This document shows positions 13,596 to 22,143 of a stretch of 64,000 nucleotides of DNA, piece by piece. This DNA is from a bacterium (GTDB lineage: Bacteria > Patescibacteriota > Patescibacteriia > Patescibacteriales > UBA12465). Location: assembly GCA_035414245.1 (NCBI GenBank), contig DAONYH010000002.1:30537-94536 (forward strand), given 5' to 3'. Made by a program: the position numbers and the translations under genes. Numbering within the stretch: position 1 is the stretch's first letter; every line of letters starts with the position of its first letter. Below the pieces are notes generated by a model that was given only the letters and a program-made list of their open reading frames with translations, was not told the DNA's origin and did not search any database.

Positions 13596-13847
13596 TTAAA
13601 TGAAGTAGGTTTGACCGATGACGTGACGTCCAGGGCTGCAGGCGTCACCACCATCTTCAAAGAAACCACCACAGATTGTGCAACGACAACCAGAGAAAGC
13701 TTCACACCTAACTGCGCGTTTTTTAGTTTCAAATTCTTCGTTTTCAAATTCTTCTTTTCTTCGTTTATTATTAGCGCTTCTGCGCATTCCGATAACAACC
13801 CTGGAGGCCAATTGTACTCTACGTCTTCTGCTTGTTTTTCTACCCAT
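13596..13847 (-). CDS. Small Arg-rich / Cys-rich protein of unknown function, 83 aa
   Basis: It is the only one of three overlapping ORFs bracketed by a consensus promoter and a strong terminator. The sequence is MGRKTSRRRRVQ...CEAFSGCRCTICGGFFEDGGDACSPGRH. The N-terminal RKTS-RRR faintly recalls the bL32 N-terminus, which I could not verify. Confidence 0.5.
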   Translation of the reverse strand: MGRKTSRRRRVQLASRVVIGMRRSANNKRRKEEFENEEFETKKRAVRCEAFSGCRCTICGGFFEDGGDACSPGRHVIGQTYFI

Positions 13848-13907
13848 GATATAAATTATTTTTGGTTAATAAAAAGAACTTAATTATTTTAATATCTCAA
13901 TTTTCAA

Positions 13908-13936
13908 ATTATAGTATTTTTTATAATAAAAGTCAA
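13908..13936 (-). promoter_or_regulatory. Near-consensus sigma-70 promoter
   Basis: The minus strand reads TTGACT-N17-TATAAT (-35 at 13931-13936, -10 at 13908-13913). Confidence 0.7.
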
Positions 13937-13971
13937 TACTTATCAAAAAAGGCCGAAAAAGACCAAAAAAA

Positions 13972-13994
13972 CCAAAAAAGGCCTAAAAGGCCTT
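13972..13994 (-). terminator. Terminator after 14021..15061
   Basis: 7-bp stem aaggcct/aggcctt with a 3-nt loop, followed by T-runs on the minus strand. Confidence 0.55.
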
Positions 13995-14020
13995 ATTTGG
14001 TAACTAAATTTTAACTTTTT

Positions 14021-15061
14021 TTATTCAGTATCTTGACCAGTGTCAAAATGATAATAATCTAAGACACTATTCCCATTTTCATTCCGAACTACATCAGGCA
14101 AATTAACTATTTCAACTAACTGCAGTTTTGCCCAAGTATCCTGTGGATTCATAGCCAAGTGTTGCTTAATTGTTTCGTAAACTTCCATTCTTTTTTCATC
14201 ATAAAACTGATTGGGAATTTGATTATAAATATCGCCACCATATTCTGTGAGCTGCTTAGCAGATCGCCAAGTCATAAAATATTTAGCTAAAAGCGGATGA
14301 TATTTTTTCTCAGCTAAGATATTTTCTATTTCTTCCACTCCTTTAGCTTGATAAAAACTATCACCTTGTTTTTGCCATTGCGATTTTAGAGCGGAGTCAG
14401 ATAACAAACAAGCAAGCGGCTGAGATAAGGAAATCAAATCTGTGTTATTAATCTGAGGCAAATTAATTAATTTACTCGCTTCCTTTTGACATGCTTCTAG
14501 AGCAGCAATATTTTTGGCATAAAAATTTTCATATTTTTCCGTCTGTTTCTCTTGCGGTGAAAGCAAGACGCTATTAGCTAAAAGCAAAGCCTCTTCCCAA
14601 CTGGAAATAATTGCTTGTCGACATGTTTCCAATTGATTTGGCAATGAATCCTGCTTTAATTCATTTAAAACATTTTGCGTTAATTCTTTTTCTTCAATTA
14701 AATAATCATTTAAAGAAGCTATAACTTGCGGGTCAACCGGAGTCTGCGCTTGATTTAAATATAAATCATGAAAATAAATAAGAGTATTGATCATTGGACC
14801 TAAGACCTGAGCTTTTATCTGAAAACGAAAGATTTGGTCTTCGGTTTCAGTCAAGGCGGTGCTGGTATCACCATTTTGACTATAACTGATAATCTTATTT
14901 CTTAATTCCGGACCGCATCCTAAAAATTGATTTGTTTCTAAATTTGCATAGTGGTTACTAGCACGCACATTGGAAATGGCAAAAGTTAACAAAACGCCGT
15001 ACAGAGCAAGGCAAAATATTAGAAACGCTAAGACAAATAATTGTTTTATTGGCTTTTTCAT
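14021..15061 (-). CDS. Hypothetical secreted protein
   Basis: 346 aa with the signal-like N-terminus MKKPIKQLFVLAFLIFCLALYGVLLTFAISNVRA. I recognise no motif. Confidence 0.6.
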   Translation of the reverse strand: MKKPIKQLFVLAFLIFCLALYGVLLTFAISNVRASNHYANLETNQFLGCGPELRNKIISYSQNGDTSTALTETEDQIFRFQIKAQVLGPMINTLIYFHDLYLNQAQTPVDPQVIASLNDYLIEEKELTQNVLNELKQDSLPNQLETCRQAIISSWEEALLLANSVLLSPQEKQTEKYENFYAKNIAALEACQKEASKLINLPQINNTDLISLSQPLACLLSDSALKSQWQKQGDSFYQAKGVEEIENILAEKKYHPLLAKYFMTWRSAKQLTEYGGDIYNQIPNQFYDEKRMEVYETIKQHLAMNPQDTWAKLQLVEIVNLPDVVRNENGNSVLDYYHFDTGQDTE

Positions 15062-15169
15062 ATATTTTTGATTATTATTTTCTATTTTAATAATAACATA
15101 ATTTTAAAGATTAGTAAAAAACTATTTGAAAATGAATTTAAAGTTGTTAAAATCTTATTAGTAATTAAT

Positions 15170-16003
15170 ATGATTTATAAATTTCTAAAACTAATAATAA
15201 TTCTGATTGGCTTAGCTTTTTTGTTAATTGTTTTTTGGAAACCAAATAAACAAGCCGAGGCACCGCTTAGAGAAACTACTTCTCTAAACGAAACTGTGAT
15301 TCAAGCTGAGACTCAAAATGAAGAACAAGCTGAGACTCAAAATGAAGAACAAGCTGAAACTCAAAATGAAGAACAACCTGAGACTCAAAATGAAGAACAA
15401 CCGTTAGAGGAAATGGTAACCGAAAAAATTCTTTTATCTGTTCCCTTTACTCCCCAAGCTCCCTTTGGCGAATGGACTGACAGCCGCCAACAAGACGGCT
15501 GTGAAGAGGCCTCAGTTTTAATGGCAATTAGTTGGGCAAAAAACCAACCTTTAACACGGAAAATTGCTTTACAAGAAATTATCTCAATCTCTGATTATAT
15601 TTCGGAAAAATATGGTGAAAGCCGTGATACAGAATTAAATGATGTTTTAAATTGGATTATCAAAGATTATTTTGCCTATGAAAAAGTGGAACTTAAAGAA
15701 AATGTCACCCTGGAAGATTTGATTCTTGAATTGAAAAAAGGTCGTGTTATTATTGCTCCCATGAATGGCCGAGCCCTAAAAAATCCTAATTTCACTGCCC
15801 CAGGTCCAATTAATCACATGCTTTTAATTCGCGGCTACGATCCTTTGAAAAAAACTTTTATCACCAATGACCCGGGCACTCGTAATGGCGAACTGTATGA
15901 ATACGAGGAAAATCTTTTATATTCAGCCTTACGTACTTATCCGACCGGTTATCATGAAGATAATCCTAATCCTCAAAAAAATATAATTGTCTTTTGGCAA
16001 TAA
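15170..16003 (+). CDS. Membrane-anchored C39-like (papain-fold) peptidase domain protein
   Basis: I prefer the internal Met44 start (MIYKFLKLIIILIGLAFLL), because the 15041 start would overlap the divergent gene. The motif is VPFTPQAPFGEWTDSRQQDGCEEASVLMA, with a later His in HMLLIRGYD. Confidence 0.6.
   Translation: MIYKFLKLIIILIGLAFLLIVFWKPNKQAEAPLRETTSLNETVIQAETQNEEQAETQNEEQAETQNEEQPETQNEEQPLEEMVTEKILLSVPFTPQAPFGEWTDSRQQDGCEEASVLMAISWAKNQPLTRKIALQEIISISDYISEKYGESRDTELNDVLNWIIKDYFAYEKVELKENVTLEDLILELKKGRVIIAPMNGRALKNPNFTAPGPINHMLLIRGYDPLKKTFITNDPGTRNGELYEYEENLLYSALRTYPTGYHEDNPNPQKNIIVFWQ
15301..15396 (+). repeat. 24-nt x4 in-frame coding repeat (AETQNEEQ)x4
   Basis: caagctgagactcaaaatgaagaa repeats almost perfectly. 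Confidence 0.9.
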
Positions 16004-16024
16004 GCTGGCAATAAATTTGAAAAA

Positions 16025-16055
16025 GAAAAAACGGGTCCTGAGAGGGCCCGTTTTA
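16025..16055. terminator. Bidirectional terminator between convergent genes
   Basis: A-run-aacgggtcc-tgaga-gggcccgtt-T-run. Confidence 0.7.
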
Positions 16056-16092
16056 ATTGCTCTTATTTTAGGCGAGCAAATTGCCTTTTTTG

Positions 16093-17145
16093 TTAATTTA
16101 AATTAAGACGTTCACATATTTCTTTGAATCGCACCTGGAGATTACGAGTAATTTCTTGCTCGCTTAGTTTTTCCGCTTGAGGGCGATTAGCTACGAAAAG
16201 AAGATGAGAACTGATTTTTTCTAAACGTACTTTAGGAGATTGAATTTCCAAGTCAAGATCAAGCATGAATTCTAAAATTTTAAGACGCGGTAATAAATAA
16301 GAATTATCCACTGCCAAAAAAATAGTTTTCTCTTTGTCTTGGATGAAATAGTTCTGATTTTCCAAATTAGGATGACTTTGATTCTCCCATTTATAGTAAC
16401 TAGCCGCGAAAAAATCATTTAAATTCTCTTCGGCTCGGTCTTCCAATTCAACCGCAAAGTTATTAAGCAGCTCCTCCTGATCCAGTCGGCTTAAATTTTT
16501 TAAGAAAAGATCAAAATCAAATTCCGGCCAATCAATTTTAGCCAAACTTTTCTTGATCAGTTCCTTGTTTTTAAAGACGACCGCTTTTTTCAAGAAATAT
16601 TCAGAAGGAATGTGCAGTTCTTTTTGCCAACGAAACAAATCAAGGGCTTGATTTTCATTTTTGACTTTACTCATAAAAATCTCACCCCACGAATACGAGC
16701 AATCATTATCTTCTGCTTGTAAACCAGCAGAAGCATCCAATAATTCTTTAATGTTATTAAACAGAACATCAAAGTCCAAATAACGAGTCATCCAAGCTAC
16801 AACTCGATTATTAACTGGATTGGGTTTGAGTTCCTGACAATACCTAATAATATCATTAATGTTTTTTTGTATCTCTAATTGCTCTTCTGCTTCGTCTTCT
16901 GGCGCCCAAAAACGGGCGGTAGTCGCGCGCCAACCGGCTCGCTTCTGTCTTAAATCAAATAAACGGACAACACTGCCTAAATCTGGTAAAACTTTTTCCT
17001 GCCAAACATCCGGATTTAAGGAAAAGGTCACCGAACCGGTCACATGATCGCAAAGAGCAACCACAAAAGGCCCATGTTTACCGTCAATAATTCGATGGAC
17101 GATGGCTTTGATTACTTTTTTCATGATAAATAATTTGGTGAACAA
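16093..17145 (-). CDS. Hypothetical protein (unknown cassette, gene 2)
   Basis: 350-aa ORF, with an alternative start at 17124 (MKKVIKAIV). The first approximately 80 aa are beta-rich and the rest is acidic and helical. I recognise no motif. Confidence 0.6.
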   Translation of the reverse strand: MFTKLFIMKKVIKAIVHRIIDGKHGPFVVALCDHVTGSVTFSLNPDVWQEKVLPDLGSVVRLFDLRQKRAGWRATTARFWAPEDEAEEQLEIQKNINDIIRYCQELKPNPVNNRVVAWMTRYLDFDVLFNNIKELLDASAGLQAEDNDCSYSWGEIFMSKVKNENQALDLFRWQKELHIPSEYFLKKAVVFKNKELIKKSLAKIDWPEFDFDLFLKNLSRLDQEELLNNFAVELEDRAEENLNDFFAASYYKWENQSHPNLENQNYFIQDKEKTIFLAVDNSYLLPRLKILEFMLDLDLEIQSPKVRLEKISSHLLFVANRPQAEKLSEQEITRNLQVRFKEICERLNLN

Positions 17146-17151
17146 TACTAA

Positions 17152-18003
17152 TTAATTGAATTGGGCAATCAATTTTTTGCGACCTTTTTTGTCCCGATAA
17201 ATTTCGGTTAAGGGCAAGCTGGTTTCATTGAGCTTATCTTCAATGAACTGCGGCAGAGTGATTTCGCGATGATAATATTTATGTTCCAAAATACATCTTT
17301 CTTCTTCGAAATCAGGTTCAGTAATAACTAAACCAAAAACATCAGTTTCAATCGTAGAATTTTTATCAAATAAAAAATTACGATTGGCAATTGAAACTTT
17401 GAATCTAATTTTCTTCACACGTTGATTAGCGCCCGCTTCTTCCACTCCTAAAAAATAAATTGGTGTGGGAAAAACATGCTGAGTTTTAATCTCTTTGCCA
17501 AAGGCTAAAACATCATTCTGAAATTCAGAAATTTTTGAACTGCGCAGCGCCCCGCTTCTTAATACCAACATCGGGATAGTCCATTTTGAGCGAACTGAAA
17601 TTTTTTGGCCAACAATTCCGACTAAAAAATCACTTTGAAATTCCTCAAAATCATTGGTTTTTATTCCTGCATGCGCAAATTCAATGATGTTAGCGGAACG
17701 CCAACCTTTGGGAAAAACCACTTCGCCATTAACGTGCGGGAAAAGTTTCATTTTGACAGTTTCTTTCGTCCCAATTTTCTTGGGCGAAATACGTAAAAAG
17801 AATTGGGTTGAACTTTCTATAATCGTAAAATTATACCGACCTTTAGCGCTACCAACTCGCTGACCCTGACTATCGCCAACATAATTGATATTAATGAGCT
17901 TATAAGGTTTTTCTAGGTCATAATTAACAGTTACCTCAAATTCTCTTTGCTCTGACGCATTATTAGCGTCTGCTTTTTCTTTAAAATCATCTTTTTGCTT
18001 CAT
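17152..18003 (-). CDS. Hypothetical protein (unknown cassette, gene 1)
   Basis: 283-aa ORF ending 6 nt upstream of the next ORF. I recognise no motif. Confidence 0.6.
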   Translation of the reverse strand: MKQKDDFKEKADANNASEQREFEVTVNYDLEKPYKLININYVGDSQGQRVGSAKGRYNFTIIESSTQFFLRISPKKIGTKETVKMKLFPHVNGEVVFPKGWRSANIIEFAHAGIKTNDFEEFQSDFLVGIVGQKISVRSKWTIPMLVLRSGALRSSKISEFQNDVLAFGKEIKTQHVFPTPIYFLGVEEAGANQRVKKIRFKVSIANRNFLFDKNSTIETDVFGLVITEPDFEEERCILEHKYYHREITLPQFIEDKLNETSLPLTEIYRDKKGRKKLIAQFN

Positions 18004-18195
18004 TTGCTTAAATTTTTAATTAAAATTAATATTTCTCGCCTTTAATTACTATTTCTCGTCCAATGACAAAATAAATAGTTGTTAAATAACTGCCCCTGTT
18101 TTAGCATATTTATATAATTATGTCAATAACAAGCAGGTAGCAGGCAGGTAACGAGCAAATAATGGCTTTATTTTAGGGCTAAAATTTGATAATAT

Positions 18196-18257
18196 TAATA
18201 AAGTCCCAATAAAATCCAAAAATTCAATAAAATCCCATAAAATCCAATAAAATCGGG
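18196..18257. repeat. Array of 5 (C)AATAAAATCC A-tract units in a divergent promoter region
   Basis: Units start at 18196, 18207, 18225, 18236 and 18245, giving spacings of 11, 18, 11 and 9 nt. Confidence 0.7.
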
Positions 18258-18294
18258 TTTTATCATAAAATTTCTCAAACTTTATATAAACTTT

Positions 18295-21045
18295 ATGAAA
18301 GAAAACTATCAAAACGGTCATCACCTCAATTGGCATGCTTTAGAACCCAAGGAAATCTTCAAAAAACTCAATACTTCATCTAATGGCTTAAGTTCACAGG
18401 AAGCCGCTGATCGCCAAGCTAAATTTGGTTTAAATAGATTGCCTAAAAAGAAAGTTGATGGCTGGTTTATTATATTTCTCAAACAATTTCTCAGTCCCCT
18501 AATCTATATTTTAATTTTTGCCGGTCTGGCTTCCCTGTTTTTAAAAAAATGGGATGATGCTCTTTTTATTTTTGGTGTAATTATTCTTAACTCAATAGTC
18601 GGGGCTTGGCAAGAAAATAAAGCTGAGAAAAGCGCAGCGGCCTTACAAAATTTACTGAAAATCAAAACTCTGGTTCGGCGTGATAATTTAGAAAAAGAAT
18701 TAACCGCCGAAGAATTAGTGGTGGGTGATATTGTTTTTTTAGAAAACGGCCATAAAGTGCCTGCTGATATTCGTCTTTTTGAAAGTCGCGACTTATTAGT
18801 TGATGAATCATTTCTAACCGGTGAATCACAAGCGGTTCTTAAAAAAGAAACTATTTTGAAAAAGGAAACTAGTTTAAACAAGCGCAGCAATTTAGTTTTT
18901 GCCGGCTCAACCATTTTTTCCGGTCGCGCTTGGGGAGTAGTAGTAGAGACCGGACTAAGAACGGAGATGGGGAAAATCGCCGATATCATTACTGATGTTC
19001 AAAAGAATAAACCGCCTTTAATTATTCGCATGGAAGCCTTCACTAAAAATATTTCTTTTATTATTTTAGGGCTTTGTCTTTTTTTAGCTTTAATTGCAAT
19101 TGGCAGAGGTATGCCTCTGGCGGAAACCTTTTTTGTGGTGGTGGCTTTAGCCGTGTCCGCCATTCCCGAGGGTCTACCCGTTGCTTTAACAGTTGCCTTG
19201 TCAGTAGCTACAACCAGAATGTCGCGACGCAATGTGATTGTACGTAAATTAACCGCCGTGGAGGGTTTGGGCAGTTGTACCATGATTGCTAGTGATAAAA
19301 CCGGTACTTTAACCGTCAATGAACAAACCGCTAAACTAATTTATTTACCTTCTGGACTGGAACTTAAAATTAGCGGTCAGGGTTATAACGGTGAGGGTGA
19401 AATTGAAAAAACGGAAAAATTAAAAGCTGATGATGCTTGGAATTTAGAAAAAACAATTAGCAGTATTGCCTTGGCTAATGAAGCGAGTCTAGAAAAACGA
19501 AATAAAAAATGGCAACTACATGGTGATTCAATTGATATTGCTTTTTTGAGTTTAGTTTATAAGGCTGGGAAAAATCCGTCAGAGATAGAATCCGGAGTAG
19601 AAAAAATATTTGAGATTCCCTACGAGTCTGCCCGTCGCTATGCCGGAATTATTTATCGTGAAAATAAAAAATATTATTTTGCGGTTAAAGGTTCAGTGGA
19701 AAAAGTTTTAGACTTCTGTAGTGAAACTAGACTGGGCGGGAAAAATGTTCCTTTGGACAAGGCGGAAATCAGACGCAAAGGAATTGAACTTGCTTCTCTA
19801 GGTTATCGCGTTCTGGCTGTTGCTCGCGGTTATTATCAAAATGAAATACCAAAGGATTTAAATAATTTTAATGAAAGTAAAATTAAGAATTTAAAATTTT
19901 TATCTTTAATTTGCTTTGTTGATCCTTTGCGAGCTGAATCACGCGAAGCAGTTTTAAAATGTCAGCAAGCCGGAATTGGTATCAAGATGATAACTGGTGA
20001 TCATCCGGCCACTGCCTTATTTATTGCCAAAGAATTAGGCATAGCGGCCACTAAAGAAGATGTAATCACCGGCGGACAACTGGGCGAAGGACAGGAATTA
20101 ACACCAGAATTTTTAAAACTGGTAGAAAAAATTCGGGTTTTTGCCGGCGTCTCTCCTATGCAAAAATTAAAAATAGTAAATGCCTTAGTGAAGCTTGGTC
20201 ACTTTGTAGCGGTGACTGGCGATGGCATAAATGATGCGCCGGCCTTAAAGCAAGCCAACATTGGTGTAGCCATGGGCTCGGGAACCGATGTGGCTAAAGA
20301 AACTTCCACTATGATTGTGGTAGATAATAATTTTGCTTCTTTAGTGAATGGTATTGAAGAGGGACGCTCCGCTTACAGCAATATTCGGAAAGTTATTTAT
20401 TTTACCGTTTCCAGCGGTGCGGCTGAGATTAGTATTTTCTTATTTGCGCTTCTCGGTTTATCTTTCTTAAAATTAGATAGTTTAATTTTACCCTTAACCG
20501 CCGTGCAACTCTTATGGCTTAATGTGGTAACAAACGGAGTGCAAGATATTGGCTTGGCTTTTGAAGACCGGGAACCAGGCGAAATGAATAAACCGCCCCG
20601 CTCTCCCAAAGAAGCAATCTTTAATCGTCTCATGACTCAACAAACTCTGATTTCCGGTTTAACAATGGGAATAACTACTTTCTTGGTTTGGTGTTTATTG
20701 ATAAAAAGCGGACATAGCGCTGCTTATGCCAGTAATTATATTTTAATGCTCTTGGTTTTATTCCAAAGTATTCACGCCTTTAATGCTCGCTCAGAAATTA
20801 CTTCCACTTTTAAAATTTCTTTAAAACGTAATTTGTTTTTAGTGCTAGGAGTGTTTACGGCTCAAGGTTTACATATTGCGGCCACCTTTATTCCCTTCAT
20901 GCAAAAAACTCTTCAACTACAACCAATTCCTTTTAACGACTGGCTTATTCTTCTTTTAATTGCTTCTTCAGTGCTTTGGATTATGGAAATATTTAAACTA
21001 GTCAAAAGAAAGAAACTAAAAAAGGAAAAATTAATTGCTAATTAA
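18295..21045 (+). CDS. P-type cation-transporting ATPase, P2 (Ca2+-ATPase-like)
   Basis: Motifs DKTGTLT, PEGLPVALT, KMITGDH and TGDGINDAPALKQANIGVAMG, with 10-TM-like hydropathy. Confidence 0.9.
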   Translation: MKENYQNGHHLNWHALEPKEIFKKLNTSSNGLSSQEAADRQAKFGLNRLPKKKVDGWFIIFLKQFLSPLIYILIFAGLASLFLKKWDDALFIFGVIILNSIVGAWQENKAEKSAAALQNLLKIKTLVRRDNLEKELTAEELVVGDIVFLENGHKVPADIRLFESRDLLVDESFLTGESQAVLKKETILKKETSLNKRSNLVFAGSTIFSGRAWGVVVETGLRTEMGKIADIITDVQKNKPPLIIRMEAFTKNISFIILGLCLFLALIAIGRGMPLAETFFVVVALAVSAIPEGLPVALTVALSVATTRMSRRNVIVRKLTAVEGLGSCTMIASDKTGTLTVNEQTAKLIYLPSGLELKISGQGYNGEGEIEKTEKLKADDAWNLEKTISSIALANEASLEKRNKKWQLHGDSIDIAFLSLVYKAGKNPSEIESGVEKIFEIPYESARRYAGIIYRENKKYYFAVKGSVEKVLDFCSETRLGGKNVPLDKAEIRRKGIELASLGYRVLAVARGYYQNEIPKDLNNFNESKIKNLKFLSLICFVDPLRAESREAVLKCQQAGIGIKMITGDHPATALFIAKELGIAATKEDVITGGQLGEGQELTPEFLKLVEKIRVFAGVSPMQKLKIVNALVKLGHFVAVTGDGINDAPALKQANIGVAMGSGTDVAKETSTMIVVDNNFASLVNGIEEGRSAYSNIRKVIYFTVSSGAAEISIFLFALLGLSFLKLDSLILPLTAVQLLWLNVVTNGVQDIGLAFEDREPGEMNKPPRSPKEAIFNRLMTQQTLISGLTMGITTFLVWCLLIKSGHSAAYASNYILMLLVLFQSIHAFNARSEITSTFKISLKRNLFLVLGVFTAQGLHIAATFIPFMQKTLQLQPIPFNDWLILLLIASSVLWIMEIFKLVKRKKLKKEKLIAN

Positions 21046-21092
21046 TGAGGTTGATTAATTATCCATTTGTTTCATTGAAAAATTCACTCTCC

Positions 21093-21182
21093 TGATGAAG
21101 CTGATCTTGGTGATGGAACTGACTTTGGTGATGAAGCTAATTATTGTGATGGAGCTAATTATTGTGATGAAGCTGGCCTTGG
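21093..21182. repeat. 18-nt x5 imperfect tandem repeat
   Basis: tgatgaagctgatcttgg / tgatggaactgactttgg / tgatgaagctaattattg / tgatggagctaattattg / tgatgaagctggccttgg. Confidence 0.9.
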
Positions 21183-21217
21183 CAGCAACTTCCGATCTAT
21201 ATAAAAAAATCGCCTGA
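21095..21217 (+). CDS. Candidate 40-aa hexad-repeat hydrophobic micropeptide (speculative)
   Basis: My own translation is MKLILV MELTLV MKLIIV MELIIV MKLALA ATSDLYKKIA*. The stop codon lies inside the terminator stem. There is no Shine-Dalgarno motif, but none of this organism's genes has one. Confidence 0.25.
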   Translation: MKLILVMELTLVMKLIIVMELIIVMKLALAATSDLYKKIA

Positions 21218-21234
21218 CCAAGAGGCGATTTTTT
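21203..21234. terminator. Bidirectional terminator
   Basis: A7-atcgcct-gaccaag-aggcgat-T6. Confidence 0.75.
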
Positions 21235-21259
21235 ATATTTTAATATTTTAGTTTGAGAT

Positions 21260-22033
21260 TTATTTTTTTGACTTGGCTTTTTTTCTTTTTATTTTAATTA
21301 AGAGCTTAATTGCTTCATCAGCTGAATCAACAATATTTATTATTTTTAAATCTTCTTTTTTAACCGCTTTGTGTTTTTCGTATACTTCTGTTTTTAACCA
21401 ATTAAACAAAGGGGTCCAATACTCACGACCAACCGCAATAATCGGCACGGGGCGATCTAATTTTCTTGTTTGCACCAAAGTTACCATTTCAAAAAACTCA
21501 TCTAAAGTTCCAAATCCACCCGGAAAAAAAATAAAAGCATCAGAGGAAAAAGATAACATTACTTTTCTAGTGAAAAAATAATGAAAGCCAATCGGTTTGT
21601 TAACATATTTATTAACTCTTTGTCCTTGGGGCAGTTCAATATTTATTCCAAGCGAATCACTACCTGCTTCAAAAGCACCACGATTAGCCGCTTCCATTAT
21701 TCCCGGACCACCGCCCGTAATAATTGTATAGCCTTTTTTCGCAATAGCGGAGCCAAATTTTCTCGCTTCTTGATAATATTTATTATCCGGTGTAAAGCTG
21801 GTTGAACCAAAAACAGTAACTGTTTTTTTATAGTCAGCTAAGAAATGATAGCCGTCAATAAATTCTGACATGATTTTGAATATGCGCCAGGGAAAAGTTT
21901 TGCGAAAATCAACTTTCACCGGCGGTAAAGCAAAATCCGGAAAAAGAAGATCTTTTTGCTTAGGGGCAACTTTGTTTTTGTTTATTTTTTTTTGCTTAGG
22001 GGCAACTTTATTTTTTTTAATTTTATTTTTCAT
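21260..22033 (-). CDS. LOG family (TIGR00730-type) Rossmann-fold nucleotide-binding protein
   Basis: Motifs GGGPGIMEAANRGA and PGGFGTLDEFFE. The N-terminus carries a duplicated NKVAPKQK segment. Confidence 0.85.
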   Translation of the reverse strand: MKNKIKKNKVAPKQKKINKNKVAPKQKDLLFPDFALPPVKVDFRKTFPWRIFKIMSEFIDGYHFLADYKKTVTVFGSTSFTPDNKYYQEARKFGSAIAKKGYTIITGGGPGIMEAANRGAFEAGSDSLGINIELPQGQRVNKYVNKPIGFHYFFTRKVMLSFSSDAFIFFPGGFGTLDEFFEMVTLVQTRKLDRPVPIIAVGREYWTPLFNWLKTEVYEKHKAVKKEDLKIINIVDSADEAIKLLIKIKRKKAKSKK

Positions 22034-22100
22034 ATAAACTATTTATTAATGCCAACTAAACTACTTTTAAAAATCGGTTGAATTGTTTTTTAAAGTTAAT

Positions 22101-22143
22101 GTCGGTTAAACTACTTCTTAATTCCGACTAAACTACTTTTTAA
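22101..22143. repeat. 22-nt tandem near-duplication spanning the stop codon of 22133..22825, with a third copy at 22051-22070
   Basis: cggttaaactacttcttaattc / cgactaaactactttttaaagc. The shared core is ctaaactactt, which reads AAGTAGTTTAG on the minus strand. Confidence 0.7.

Noticed and set aside
13559-13883. Two alternative ORFs (13559..13798 minus, 13611..13883 plus) overlapping the small Cys-rich gene
   Set aside because: One runs through the terminator hairpin. The other is antisense and lacks any promoter. Only 13596..13847 fits between the consensus promoter and the terminator.
15041-15169. Longer 320-aa version of the C39-like peptidase ORF
   Set aside because: The first 43 codons are an AT-rich hydrophobic read-through overlapping the divergent gene's start. 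Met44 begins a normal signal anchor.
18118-18336. 72-aa minus-strand ORF spanning the divergent promoter region and the ATPase start
   Set aside because: It overlaps the A-tract repeat array and the 5' end of a well-supported ATPase gene, and its composition is implausible.
21093-21182. CRISPR array? The same question was asked of the 17-nt array at 61784-61857.
   Set aside because: The units are directly abutting, with no spacers, and at 17-18 nt they are too short. No cas genes are present. They are tandem repeats, not CRISPR.
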